The notes beneath the pieces were generated by a model. It had not been told where the DNA came from. It saw only the letters and a list, made by a program, of their open reading frames with translations, and did not search any database. From the NCBI GenBank assembly GCA_025603075.1, contig MU626294.1, positions 1 through 64,000 of the forward strand: 64,000 nt of DNA, in the 5' to 3' direction. Made by a program: the position numbers and the translations under genes. The stretch comes from Neoconidiobolus thromboides FSU 785 (lineage: Eukaryota > Fungi > Entomophthoromycota). Positions 1 through 10,580 of the stretch are shown here, piece by piece (position 1 is the first letter of the stretch; each line of letters begins with the position of its first letter).

Positions 1-481
1 TTTAGAACTGTGTTTGGGTACTTTTGTTTTAATAAAAGATGTGATTTTATAGAATTTTAAGCGAAGTTTTTAAAATACAAATTTTTTTAAAATTGGATAA
101 AATAATGAAACTAATTCAGACAACCCCAAATAATAAAATATTGAATTTGACTTTATCTAAAACTGCAAGGGGAGTTTTATTTGTTTGAGCTGTAGTTTTA
201 ATAATGTCTTGATGACTAATAGGATAAACTTTACATTAGAAACAAAAAAGTACAGCAATTCATTTTACTTCTATGACAATTATTCACAGACATTATTGTA
301 TATATATAATTTGATCTATTATTTTATTTAGTATTTTGATCAAATAAAAATAGTAATTTTTTAAATATCAAGAGGGTTAATTTTCATTTTTACTACTTTA
401 TTTGTATTTGAGTTGAAAAAGTTGTACACCTCTAATCACAAAATCTGTCAAATTTGAATGTTTTCACATCATTTATCATAT

Positions 482-574
482 AGGGTTGTATTTTTTTGTT
501 TAAGAACTTTTAACAATCTTTTCACTTAAGTAGCGCTTAAGATAAAAAAGTGACGAAACCAAAAAAACATCTTC
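482..574 (-). mobile_element. MITE family copy 1 (reverse orientation, diverged)
   Basis: Matches reverse complement of the ~97 bp consensus GGGRGTGTTTTTTTGRCTTCATTAC...AAGCGCTATTTGAGTGGAAAA...CACAAAAATACATCCCC; flanked by ATAT (478-481) and ATAT (575-578). Confidence 0.8.
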
Positions 575-578
575 ATAT

Positions 579-676
579 GGGGGTGTTTTTTTGGCTTCAT
601 TACTTTTTCCATCTTTTAAGCGCTATTTGGGTGGAAAAATTATCAGCAAAATTATTAAACACAAAAATACATCCCC
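579..676 (+). mobile_element. MITE family copy 2
   Basis: GGGGGTGTTTTTTTGG...AAAAATACATCCCC with imperfect terminal inverted repeats; ATAT on both sides, each shared with the neighbouring copy. Confidence 0.9.
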
Positions 677-680
677 ATAT

Positions 681-771
681 AGTGAAGTTTGTTCAAAAAT
701 CTTGCTAATAATTTTTTTATTCAACAGTGCTTAGAAAGTAAGAAATAAGTGAAATCCAAAAAGACTCATCT
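681..771 (-). mobile_element. MITE family copy 3 (reverse, strongly diverged)
   Basis: Alignable by eye to reverse consensus (CTTGCTAATAATTTTTT..CAACAGTGCTTAGAAAG..GTGAAATCCAAAAAGACTCATCT); ATAT at 677-680 and 772-775. Confidence 0.6.
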
Positions 772-2129
772 ATATCTTTAGTTTGTAGTAATTAATGGAT
801 TGAAAGTCCAATGTAATTGAGTACATATTAAAAGTTTGTTCGCTTTTTCTCTTATATATCTTATTTTACAAGTTACTAAAATGCTTTACTAAACTATGTT
901 CTTATCCTGTATTGTTACAGTAAATGTACTTTTATATTAAATAATTTTGATTTAACTATTAAAATTAAATCTCAACTAAGCTTCATTTAATTTATTATAT
1001 TTAGCTGTATTGAAAAATAATAACCCCAGGTGTTATCAAATTTAGTTGTTTAAAGTACCATAATCTCCACAAAATATACAGAGATCTAGAGTTAAGATCA
1101 AAGCATAATATTGCAAGTTACAAGGAAATACATGTCTGCTTCGCTATTATTATTAAACATTTCAATAATGAAATAAGTCTTTAATATATGAGTGAATTTT
1201 ATATTTTGATTAAAATTAAAATAAAAGATATTAAAAAACCATACAATTACTTCAATAAAGAAACCATACTTCCTATTTTTTTGGCTATTATATTTTATCT
1301 ACATTCTTTACAGCTGATTAAAATCGGGAGAAATCGAACCTTGGATATAAATTAACTCACATCTTTCAATATATTTAAGTTATAGCTGACCTTTTATCTC
1401 AAAATAACTAATCCTTTTGAAATCAATGGAACTAAACCATAAAAGCTTGATTTTTGCAATTACCTTATTTATATAATATTAATTATTTAACGCTCTTTTA
1501 TCAAAATTCAAAATAGTCGGAAATTTTATGGACGAGACTGAATACACAATATAACATTATGAAATATTTATAGGGGTTTAAGGTACTATTTTTTACAAAA
1601 AAATATATTGAGTAGGTCAAGCTCATACCACGTAATCAAAAGTTTTAGAACTAATGTTATCATTGTTTAAATTCTATATAGTCTAGTCAGCTTTTTAACT
1701 TATTATATAATATTTAATTTCACTGATTTCATAGACAATCATAATGACATTTCAATAATTGAGAATTTGTTATTTCAAAAGTAGCTTAATTGATCAGCTT
1801 CTATTACAATTGGTTACGAAATATGAATAGAAAGTACTAAAACTAAATAGAACACTTTATCTTTACCAAAAGTCGCAATTTATAAAATAATCACTTACTT
1901 GTTAAATTATTCGCTTTTAATAGTCCTTAAATTGAAGTCCTAATTTTGAATTCGTAATAAAATTAAAATTGCAATTTCAATTATAAAAAAGCTCCTAATT
2001 TGGGATTGTAAGAAGTATTTAAAAAAAGGGATTTCCTAATATAGCATTGTAAGAAATTGGTTTCTTAAAATATTCTTTAATTTAGATATTGCCCAAATGT
2101 TAAATTAAACTATCATAAGGTAATATTGA

Positions 2130-3950
2130 ATGATATATAACCAAAGACTTTTGCTGAGTTTACCAAGTTTTAAATTAAAACCACCACTTGTTATGTCAGA
2201 AAAATTTATGCATCGGTGTGATCATTGTTATTATCGTTCTAAAGGCTGTGATCGAAAAGTACCAAAATGTAGCTATTGTAAGGAGCGGAATCTAGAATGT
2301 ACAATATCGAGACAAATCAAAAGGACAAATAAACTATACAAATTTGAAGACAAAATATCAACATTTAAAATTAATCCGTTTAAAAGCACTAATATTAGAA
2401 TGAAGATTAAGCCAACTACTAGTAAACAAGTTTCGCCAAAGAATAATGATGATGTGGAGGGTGACAATTTGTTAGTCCAAAATAAAAAAGATACCTCACA
2501 TGGGATAAAATCCAATTTATTAAAAGTAACCTCAGCTATACTTGTAATTATACCTATAAAAGGTGGAAGAGATGCTTTATTAACCTTTTTACAATATCCA
2601 CCAATGGAGAATTTTAATAATGGAGTGAAATTAATTGTTTCAATATCTACTCAAATGAGTCTACTTCTCAAAAAGCGTTACTATCTAAATTTAAATACTC
2701 TATCTTTGGCTCAATCTTATCCTTATTTCTCTTTACCATTAATTTTTCAAAGTTTAAGAAGCTACTTTAGTATCGACCATCACTTACTGCCACTATTCAA
2801 TATTAAGAGATTTGACTTCAATTCACTCAACTATGTTACCAAATTAATTATTATAGCATCTGGGTTAAATAAAGCAAAAAAAGATGATAACATGATTCAA
2901 GCAATGAGCTACTGTGAAAACGAGATATTTAATCATTTTAGGCATCCACATAGACTCAAGTACAATCTAGAAACAGTTCAATGCGTAGTTATCTTACTAA
3001 TGACTTTAAGGAACTTCAAATGGGTCTTAAAACTAACTAACAATTTTTTGTATTATTTAGCAAATAGTACGACTATATTAGGTTTAAATTTAGCTTGTCC
3101 AAAAATGAATTTAAATTTAATTATAGAGAGAAGGATGGTTTATAATGCAATCTACTTTGTATTGATGGTCTTCTCATCGGCTTCTTATTATTGTTATCCT
3201 CGATTTTATAAACAGTCCAAAAGATACAAGCTAGCAAACTCTTTAAATCAAGAACCATTCAACTCAGCTTCATGCCTTATAGATATATCCCAGCATCTCT
3301 CGATCCTATTTAATGAGTTTTTGGGCGACTACTCTTACTACTATTATGAGATAGTAGAGATCAAAGTAAAAGTAGTTGATAAAATAATGACGTTTGACCA
3401 AGTGTACAAAAGGCTCAATATAATTTTAAATAACTTTACTTCTGCTTTTATTAGCTATCAATTTATATTGAGTAAAATGAGTCAAACAAAAGTTAATGAT
3501 AAAATTTCAGTATTACTAAATGCCTATTTAAGTCACGCTAAATTCTTATTCCATTACATAAAATTCTTCTCATTCTCTTTAAGCTTATACTATCAAAGTG
3601 ATCCCACTGAATTGGATTATTGCAACTTTAACTTACCGCTCTCCTTTGATCCACAGTATTCGAAAGCTACTTTTATTCAAAAACTATTAAACGAAGCTTT
3701 ACAAGCTATAAAAAATATGATGTTTCTTCCAGTTCATTCAATCACTCATGATATGATAGGAGCTCTGTTTCAATGCGTTATTTTTATCATGAGATACCGT
3801 AGGTTTGGGGACATGGATAAAATTTCTCAGCTGTTGCTTGCTGGAAAATCAAAATTGTTGTTGCTTAGCTCATCCCCTTATTTTTCAAACTCAGCAAAAG
3901 TAAATTTGGCCTTCTTGGAAGTTGCTGAAAAGCTGATATATTCTTTGTAG
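2130..3950 (+). CDS. Zn(II)2Cys6 binuclear cluster transcription factor
   Basis: Intronless 606 aa ORF; CDHCYYRSKGCDRKVPKCSYCKERNLEC fits C-x2-C-x6-C-x6-C-x2-C-x6-C; long helical C-terminal region typical of fungal TFs. True start may be the Met at 2193. Confidence 0.85.
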   Translation: MIYNQRLLLSLPSFKLKPPLVMSEKFMHRCDHCYYRSKGCDRKVPKCSYCKERNLECTISRQIKRTNKLYKFEDKISTFKINPFKSTNIRMKIKPTTSKQVSPKNNDDVEGDNLLVQNKKDTSHGIKSNLLKVTSAILVIIPIKGGRDALLTFLQYPPMENFNNGVKLIVSISTQMSLLLKKRYYLNLNTLSLAQSYPYFSLPLIFQSLRSYFSIDHHLLPLFNIKRFDFNSLNYVTKLIIIASGLNKAKKDDNMIQAMSYCENEIFNHFRHPHRLKYNLETVQCVVILLMTLRNFKWVLKLTNNFLYYLANSTTILGLNLACPKMNLNLIIERRMVYNAIYFVLMVFSSASYYCYPRFYKQSKRYKLANSLNQEPFNSASCLIDISQHLSILFNEFLGDYSYYYYEIVEIKVKVVDKIMTFDQVYKRLNIILNNFTSAFISYQFILSKMSQTKVNDKISVLLNAYLSHAKFLFHYIKFFSFSLSLYYQSDPTELDYCNFNLPLSFDPQYSKATFIQKLLNEALQAIKNMMFLPVHSITHDMIGALFQCVIFIMRYRRFGDMDKISQLLLAGKSKLLLLSSSPYFSNSAKVNLAFLEVAEKLIYSL

Positions 3951-4680
3951 CTATATTTTTAAGTTTCTGCCCGGTGCAGTATTTTTCCTGTATAGAAAAT
4001 TAGACCAGTAATAAATAATGATATTAGATTTTAATTTATTTAGCTATTTTTACATTATTGAAAAAGCAGCAACCTCCTAAATGATTTGTTAGTAAAATAC
4101 CTAAAGAGAAGCAGTTGACAGAAAGTAGACAGACCTATAAGGTGATATTTTCCACTTTTTTATTTGTTATTAATTAAGCTATGGTTCAGGTTACTCTTTC
4201 GCACATTTCATTTTATAAGAGAAGGCATATAAATGTTTTTCTCCTAATATCATTTTTTTATAGTACGTTCTAATTCAATGAACACAAAACCATTCGATCT
4301 TTAACCTTTTTAAATAAATCAATAACATTAATAATGTTTTAAATAAACACTTATAAGAATGGCCCCTCGGTTTATATTAGTTCCATCTTTTATATTTTGA
4401 CTCAACATCCGTATTATACAAGGCCACATTATTTAATATTTACGATTGAAAATTGTACAGATTTAATCAAATATTCAAATGTGACATGATACTTTAGTTT
4501 TTTAACTAATTATTAGTTGATGTTTTAAGAAATAAGTTAATACTTATACAAGTGTATATTAAGGATGAAAAACTAGAATTGTATTTTCAGTTAAGTTATT
4601 CAATTTAAATATTGCGTTTTATTTATAAATATAAACTTTAAAAGTAAAAAAAGCCATATAGATAAAAGGCATGAAGCTAT

Positions 4681-4989
4681 TTAAAGCCCAAGTCCAAGCC
4701 CAGATAAAAGTCCTCCAGCTACCGGTATACTGGAAAGCATGCCACCGGATCCCTCATCGCTACCACCTCCTCCTAATAGCCCACCAACAACTGGGATACC
4801 AGAAAGCATACCGCCACCTCCCCCACCTCCCCCTAAAATACCTCCTAATAACCCACCAAGGAGATCACCTCCACCAGCGGAGGGTGCTTCTTTGGCTGCA
4901 CCATGATCACTGTGTCCGGCATCTCTTCTGTTTATAGACATGGCGCTAAGAGAATTTAAAGCAAGGAATAAGATAAAGTTCAACTTCAT
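4681..4989 (-). CDS. Small secreted Gly/Leu-rich precursor, family A (copy A)
   Basis: 102 aa; signal-peptide-like N-terminus, RR dibasic site, GGLL/GGIL repeats; paralog at 14822-15067; TATA box upstream. Confidence 0.85.
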   Translation of the reverse strand: MKLNFILFLALNSLSAMSINRRDAGHSDHGAAKEAPSAGGGDLLGGLLGGILGGGGGGGGMLSGIPVVGGLLGGGGSDEGSGGMLSSIPVAGGLLSGLGLGL

Positions 4990-5063
4990 TATTATTAGTT
5001 AATTAGTTTTTAAATAGATTATTAAATTGGATGTTTTTAGATTTCAGGTAAGATAAGGAGAGG

Positions 5064-5071
5064 TTTATATA
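5064..5071 (-). promoter_or_regulatory. Putative TATA box of gene A
   Basis: TATATAAA on minus strand about 75 nt upstream of ATG; same motif at similar distance in paralog A'. Confidence 0.5.
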
Positions 5072-5919
5072 CTAGTTTTTCTTAACATTTTATTATAAAT
5101 TTATTGTAAAACTTAATTAGTCTCAACTCCTCTTTTCCTCTTTTTTCCTAATTTTTTAGAACAATACTTGTATCTTTAATTCCTTTTTCCTCTTTTTTCT
5201 AATTACATACTAGCGATGCTAGCACTCCAATATTTTTGTGCCGCTTTTTTACTATTAAGTAAATCAATTAAGAATTCAATTTGTGACTAAAAGTTTGTTA
5301 AACTTAAACTGTTTTTATTGCATAAATTACTCAACTTTGGATTTACTAATTCGTAAATAAAGATGACTTTTATTTATAACATACTATCATTAAAATTCAC
5401 TATATTAGATAAAAAAATAGTTAATTTTTTTAAACTTTAAAAGGTATAAGCCCCCAAATGCTTTATTAGAGTAAGAAACATTAATTAATTTTTTAGATGC
5501 TCTAAATTTTATAGATTCTCAAGCACTTTGCCGATTACATAATAGATAAATAGCTTTAATTACTAAATCAAAAATCATCAGACTTCAAGATTAAAAAAGT
5601 TGAAATAATTAGATCCATTTATCTATAGTCCTTCTAGGTTATTAGGACTGTCAATTGGTTAATTTAAAGGCATATTATGTCGAATTAAATTACTACTGTA
5701 GATTTTTCTGAAGTGTTTTTAGATTAAGACAAAAAAATTATATTTTATCATACTCCTGCGAGTACAAAGCCCTTTAGCGGGTTAATAAAATTAGCTATGA
5801 TATTCAAATGTAAATTGTACTTTGTAATAAACTTTATTAATTAAATAGAAAATAATGATATCTTTTTATAAGAGGTAGCGGTTCAAGAAAAATGTAAGAC
5901 AAATGTAGTCTAAGAATGA

Positions 5920-6216
5920 CTGGGTATATCTTTCGAAAATAAACTAGAAAGCTACTACGTGGGTAAGGGGGCCATTTAGATAAATTTCGAGCTAAATACT
6001 TTATTGAGCCCTTTTAGAACTATAAGTTATGCAGCATTTCTTAAAATAGGATAACAGAATGTTTCAGGGTTATATCCCTCTTTTATTGTAAAGCAAAGCA
6101 GTAAACATTGGCAAGTATTATATGAAATTGGCCTCACAGTAAGGAGAATGGGTTTAGAAAACTTAATGGATTCAAATTTTATTCGAAATTCCAAAGTAGT
6201 GAATAAACATCCTTAA
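5920..6216 (+). pseudogene. Decayed coding relic of unknown origin in A-B spacer
   Basis: About 99 codons in one frame with only two internal stops and GC higher than flanks; no family recognised. Confidence 0.35.
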
Positions 6217-6432
6217 ATTAAAATTTCAATCCGGAATAATGTTCATGAAAATAGTCAATCAAATTGCCCAGAAAATTAAAATACACGGTACTATTAAAAA
6301 ATAGCGGGATAAATTAAAAGGAGTGGCTAAAATTAATATAACTAATAAGAATAAACTAAAAGATCTAGTAGCGTTGCTGTTACCAAATACCAAAAAATAA
6401 AAATGAAGAAAAAGAAATCAATAAAGCAAACA

Positions 6433-6440
6433 TATATAAA
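6433..6440 (+). promoter_or_regulatory. Putative TATA box of gene B
   Basis: TATATAAA about 65 nt upstream of ATG 6505; TATATAA at the equivalent place for B' (13874-13880, minus). Confidence 0.5.
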
Positions 6441-6504
6441 CAAAAGATAGACTTAATGAGTAAAATAAAAATATTTTTAATTTATTAATAATAATAACCT
6501 AAAT

Positions 6505-6822
6505 ATGAAATCAGCAACTTTGATAGTAAGCATGTTATTTAGTGGAATAATGGCTGGTACCATACAATTAGAGCGTCGTAAATCTTTTGTTGAAACCCAT
6601 CAGGAGCATGGTCATTTACCTGGAGGAAAGAATAATCCTGGATTTGGTGTGTCTTTAATCCCCCAAGTTCTATCCATTTTAGGAGGTCAAAATCCCTTAT
6701 CAATTTTAAATGGGTATAATAAAAAGGCTGATGAAAGTGAAGGTAAAGAATCACCAGCTGAAGGTGCATCCGAAGGCGGTCTATTATCTGGATTAGGTTT
6801 ATCTGGTATTTTAGGAGGTTGA
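6505..6822 (+). CDS. Small secreted precursor, family B (copy B)
   Basis: 105 aa; hydrophobic N-terminus, RRK basic site, His-rich core, C-terminal GGLLSGLGL motif shared with family A; paralog at 13490-13813. Confidence 0.85.
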   Translation: MKSATLIVSMLFSGIMAGTIQLERRKSFVETHQEHGHLPGGKNNPGFGVSLIPQVLSILGGQNPLSILNGYNKKADESEGKESPAEGASEGGLLSGLGLSGILGG

Positions 6823-8862
6823 CCTTTAATAAATTTAATTAATATTTGATATATTGATGTTTAGTTTATAAGCATATTTTATACTAATATTTCCTTTACA
6901 AAAAAAGAACTTATTGTTTTATGAAGTATTGATTTGATACTTGTTTATTTTTTTAGTAACAATACTGTATGAAATACAAACGGTTTTTATGTTGTTTCAC
7001 TTATTGCTGAATAATCAAAATAATTAATGATTTTCTTAATATAATTTATGTTATGCTCGATCATCCATAGTTGTTGCAATTAATCAATGTTTTCAACGAA
7101 TAAATAAACAACCTTGAAATCGTATAAAAAATTTGCTATGTAATTCTCTTTCCATTCGTACACATCGTAAAGTTAACGATATATTTTTTTAATATTAAAG
7201 GAGTCAAAAGCTTCTTGATATTTCTCGTATGAATAAATTAAAATTATAGATGGGAACGAAAAGGTTACAAGAGTACAAAATAATATTAAACTAAAAGAAC
7301 TGGCTTTGCTTTAAGAGGTTCTACTCACAACTGTGATGGATTTTACAAAGTTGCTTTGTAGTTGATTGTATAAATTACTACATATAAAAAACAAGGAAAT
7401 ACTGGTGATAGAAGTGATAGATATCTTATTATAAATCGATTTAGTGTAGTAGGAGTCAATAGCTTAGACCAATAGGAATAATAAATGGTAGGGCGTAAGA
7501 TCACTTTTTTAGATGAAAAATTTCAACTTGAATTTGTAATGGCTTAATTATCTTCTCAAACCTTGAGGTATTAGGATTTATCAAACAAAAAAATAATAAA
7601 GCAAAAGTGTTCTCAATGTAATTGGCAAGGTATAAGCAATAACCATAGAGGATTTCTTACGATTTACCAAGCCTAGCAATCAAGCTACTGGGATACTAAA
7701 TTATTTTAAAATAAATTTATGTCTCACAAATGTACCTTATTGAATTTTACTTTATTTTGTAAAAATTTGCCCAATATTATAGTTTATTCAATTTGTTATC
7801 TTTACTTCAAAAAAAGATGAACAAACCCCAATAAATTTTCCCAATAATAATCCAAAGCAAAAGTAACAAAGTATAAAATATTATAATACAAATCAAAATA
7901 ATTATAGCTAAAGCTATAATATTTTTGATATAAAGTCCCAAACTTTGTTTAGCTTTATTTTGAATTATTGTTGAAAAACTCAATTGCAGTTTGCTCAATT
8001 TTTTTCTTGAAAGATAAACATAAGTCAAAAATCCTGTATAATAGAATATCAAATGTAAAATTATAAACAATGTATATAAATAATGCAGTTTTCTTCAAGT
8101 GTTGTAAAAGTATAAGCTCCCAAGTGTTTATTTTTTTAGGATGAAAAAAGGAGTAAGATTAAATATTAATTGCTGGGGAAGTAAGAGTAATAAAGTTCTT
8201 TTTAACTTTTATAATAAAACCTGTGTAGCAAAAAATTCTAAACTGATTAAAAAAGTAAAATAAGTTTCCAAATAAGTATTTTGCTACGAAAAGAGTTAAT
8301 AACTTTTTGCCTCATTCTCTCCAAAATAATTCTATTCTACAATCAGAGAATGAAATAAGGCATTATAAGTTATTGCTACTCATACATTAAGCTTATAAGC
8401 AAAAAGATAGAAGAGAAGTACCAATTTAAATAAAAGGTGGAAACACGAATATTCAAATATTATTCAAACCCACTAGTTTTACTATAAAGTTATTATTTGA
8501 TCCTTAATAGATAGTAATTTTATAAATAAACGTGATCTAACATTTGATTTACCTCAAAAGTCGTTTAAAATAGTTCTAATTCTATAATTATTTTATGGTA
8601 TATATGTCTTATTAAATGCGGTAAAGCATAATATAAGATACTGAACTACTAACACTAATCGAATCTCGGGATGTTTTTAGAATTGCAACTGCAATATTTT
8701 CAGCGTTGTGGTGAAGAAAGTATTACTTTATGAGTTTACTAAATACTAAATTTTATTATGGTTCTGGTCACATGGCTATATAATTTAAAACTCGAACTCA
8801 ATAGCAAATTATGAAGAATTACCTTAATTTGGCCACTTACCTCAAAAGCGGGAAGCTCAAAG

Positions 8863-8870
8863 TATATAAA
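8863..8870 (+). promoter_or_regulatory. Putative TATA box of chitinase 1
   Basis: CAAAGTATATAA context is conserved upstream of chitinase 2 (minus strand, about 46060-46071). Confidence 0.55.
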
Positions 8871-8934
8871 CAAAGGAATGGGCAATCTAAATAAAGCTGT
8901 AAAAATTATCATTTTTATATCCCTAATATTTAAT

Positions 8935-10071
8935 ATGAAATTCGCTTCCTTCTTTTTAGTAGTCAGCTTAGCCGTCACCAGTGTTACTAGTCAAGCTCCC
9001 AGTAAAGTGGTAGTAGGTTACTTTTCAGACTGGACATTAACCCAATATCCAGTTAGCGCAATCGATTTCAGTAAAGTAACTCACATCAATTACTCTTTTG
9101 CTTTATTTGATGATAAAGGCTTTAATCCTAAAATTGGAACTGAAGGCACTTTAAAAGATTTGGTTGCTAAAGCACATAAGACTAGCACCAAGGTATCTAT
9201 CTCCATTGGTGGTTGGACCGGATCAAAATATTTCTCTCCAATGGCTGCGGATGCTAACAAAAGGAAGCAATTTATATCAAACACTGTTGCTTTTGTAAAC
9301 AAATTCAATCTAGATGGTGTTGATTTGGATTGGGAATACCCTGGAAGAAATGGGGCTGGTGGAAATATCATATCTCCAAAAGATACTGCAAACTACCTAT
9401 TATTATTAAAAGATTTACGTACTGCTTTAGGTAAGAAATTAATCACCGCTGCTGTAAGAGTACAGCCATTTGATGGTCCAAGTGGTCCATTAAATGATGT
9501 CAAAGCTTTTGTACCCTTGTTCGATTGGATTAATTTAATGTGCTATGACTTAAATGGGCCTTGGGGGGCTACTACCGGGCCATTAGGTGGATTGGACTAT
9601 CAACCAGGTAAAGGTGCGCCATTTTCTGTTAAACAGGCTGTAAAAGACTGGAGCAAGGCAGGATTTACTTATGATAAATTAGTTGTTGGTGTGCCTTTCT
9701 ATGGTTTTTCAGCAGGTGTTGGAGTTGATATGACCAATACTGATCAATATCAAAAAATCACCAACAGTAATTTGCCTGGCTATCCTTATAAAGATTTGAT
9801 CACTAAAAAGATCTTAAAGTCACCATTAGAAGCCAACAATACTGCTGGGTGGATTAGAAAATTCGATACTACGACCCAAACTCCATGGTTATTTAATAAG
9901 AATACAAAGACATTCATTGCTTATGATGATACACAATCATTAAAAGCAAAAACTAACTATATAAGATGTAACGGTTTAAGAGGAGCTATGTTATGGGCTA
10001 TGGATAACGATTATCAAAATCAATTACTCACTGCTTTACAAAATGTTCGTAGTACTGGAGGATGTAAGTGA
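8935..10071 (+). CDS. Secreted GH18 chitinase (catalytic domain only)
   Basis: Signal peptide MKFASFFLVVSLA.., SIGGW, intact DGVDLDWEYP (DxxDxDxE), MCYD and WAMD motifs. ATG 8935 matches the paralog start; the ORF-track start at 8878 is probably an extension. Confidence 0.95.
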   Translation: MKFASFFLVVSLAVTSVTSQAPSKVVVGYFSDWTLTQYPVSAIDFSKVTHINYSFALFDDKGFNPKIGTEGTLKDLVAKAHKTSTKVSISIGGWTGSKYFSPMAADANKRKQFISNTVAFVNKFNLDGVDLDWEYPGRNGAGGNIISPKDTANYLLLLKDLRTALGKKLITAAVRVQPFDGPSGPLNDVKAFVPLFDWINLMCYDLNGPWGATTGPLGGLDYQPGKGAPFSVKQAVKDWSKAGFTYDKLVVGVPFYGFSAGVGVDMTNTDQYQKITNSNLPGYPYKDLITKKILKSPLEANNTAGWIRKFDTTTQTPWLFNKNTKTFIAYDDTQSLKAKTNYIRCNGLRGAMLWAMDNDYQNQLLTALQNVRSTGGCK

Positions 10072-10580
10072 ACTAACTGATATTTTGAAGCTATTAGTAA
10101 TAATATTCATTATTCACTCCAGTAGCTAAAAACCCAAAATTAATCTAAAATTGAAGATGGAGCTTTTATGCAGTGCAATTAAATGTTCTATTTACTGATA
10201 ATAAATATTTAGTTAATAGATTGTCTTGTTAAAAAATATCTTTCGAAAGGAAGAACTTATTTAAAATATTAGCCTTTATTTTATTACCTTAAGGAGATTA
10301 TCATTTTGATTATGAATAAGTTTTTTTAGCCTGTATTTACACTATTTATGTAAAAATTGCAAAATAATTTATAAATTTTGTACACTTGGCTATTATTTTT
10401 CATTAAATACCAAATTATTTCTAATGTAATCTTTTTTCATATTCATTAAAAAAAACTATTACTAAAAATATAAAAAATTATAAACTGTTATAATAGCTAC
10501 AGTTACAATACATCATAACTACTGAGCTTAATAAATTAGCATTATATAAGTATTAATTAACATTATTTTTATTTAATAAT

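Noticed and set aside
478-775. CRISPR-like array
   Set aside because: Units are ~95 bp inverted copies with no unique spacers, no cas genes, and the context is eukaryotic.
6577-6630. GnRH-like amidated neuropeptide mimic (..LPG-GK) in family B
   Set aside because: Lys is followed by Asn rather than a dibasic site, there is no evidence of an amidating enzyme, and the similarity is only four residues.
7200-8070. Possible relic with C-x2-C motif (KCSQCNW) and hydrophobic ORF 7807-8070
   Set aside because: Too short and low-complexity to assign; hydrophobic ORFs arise easily in T-rich DNA.
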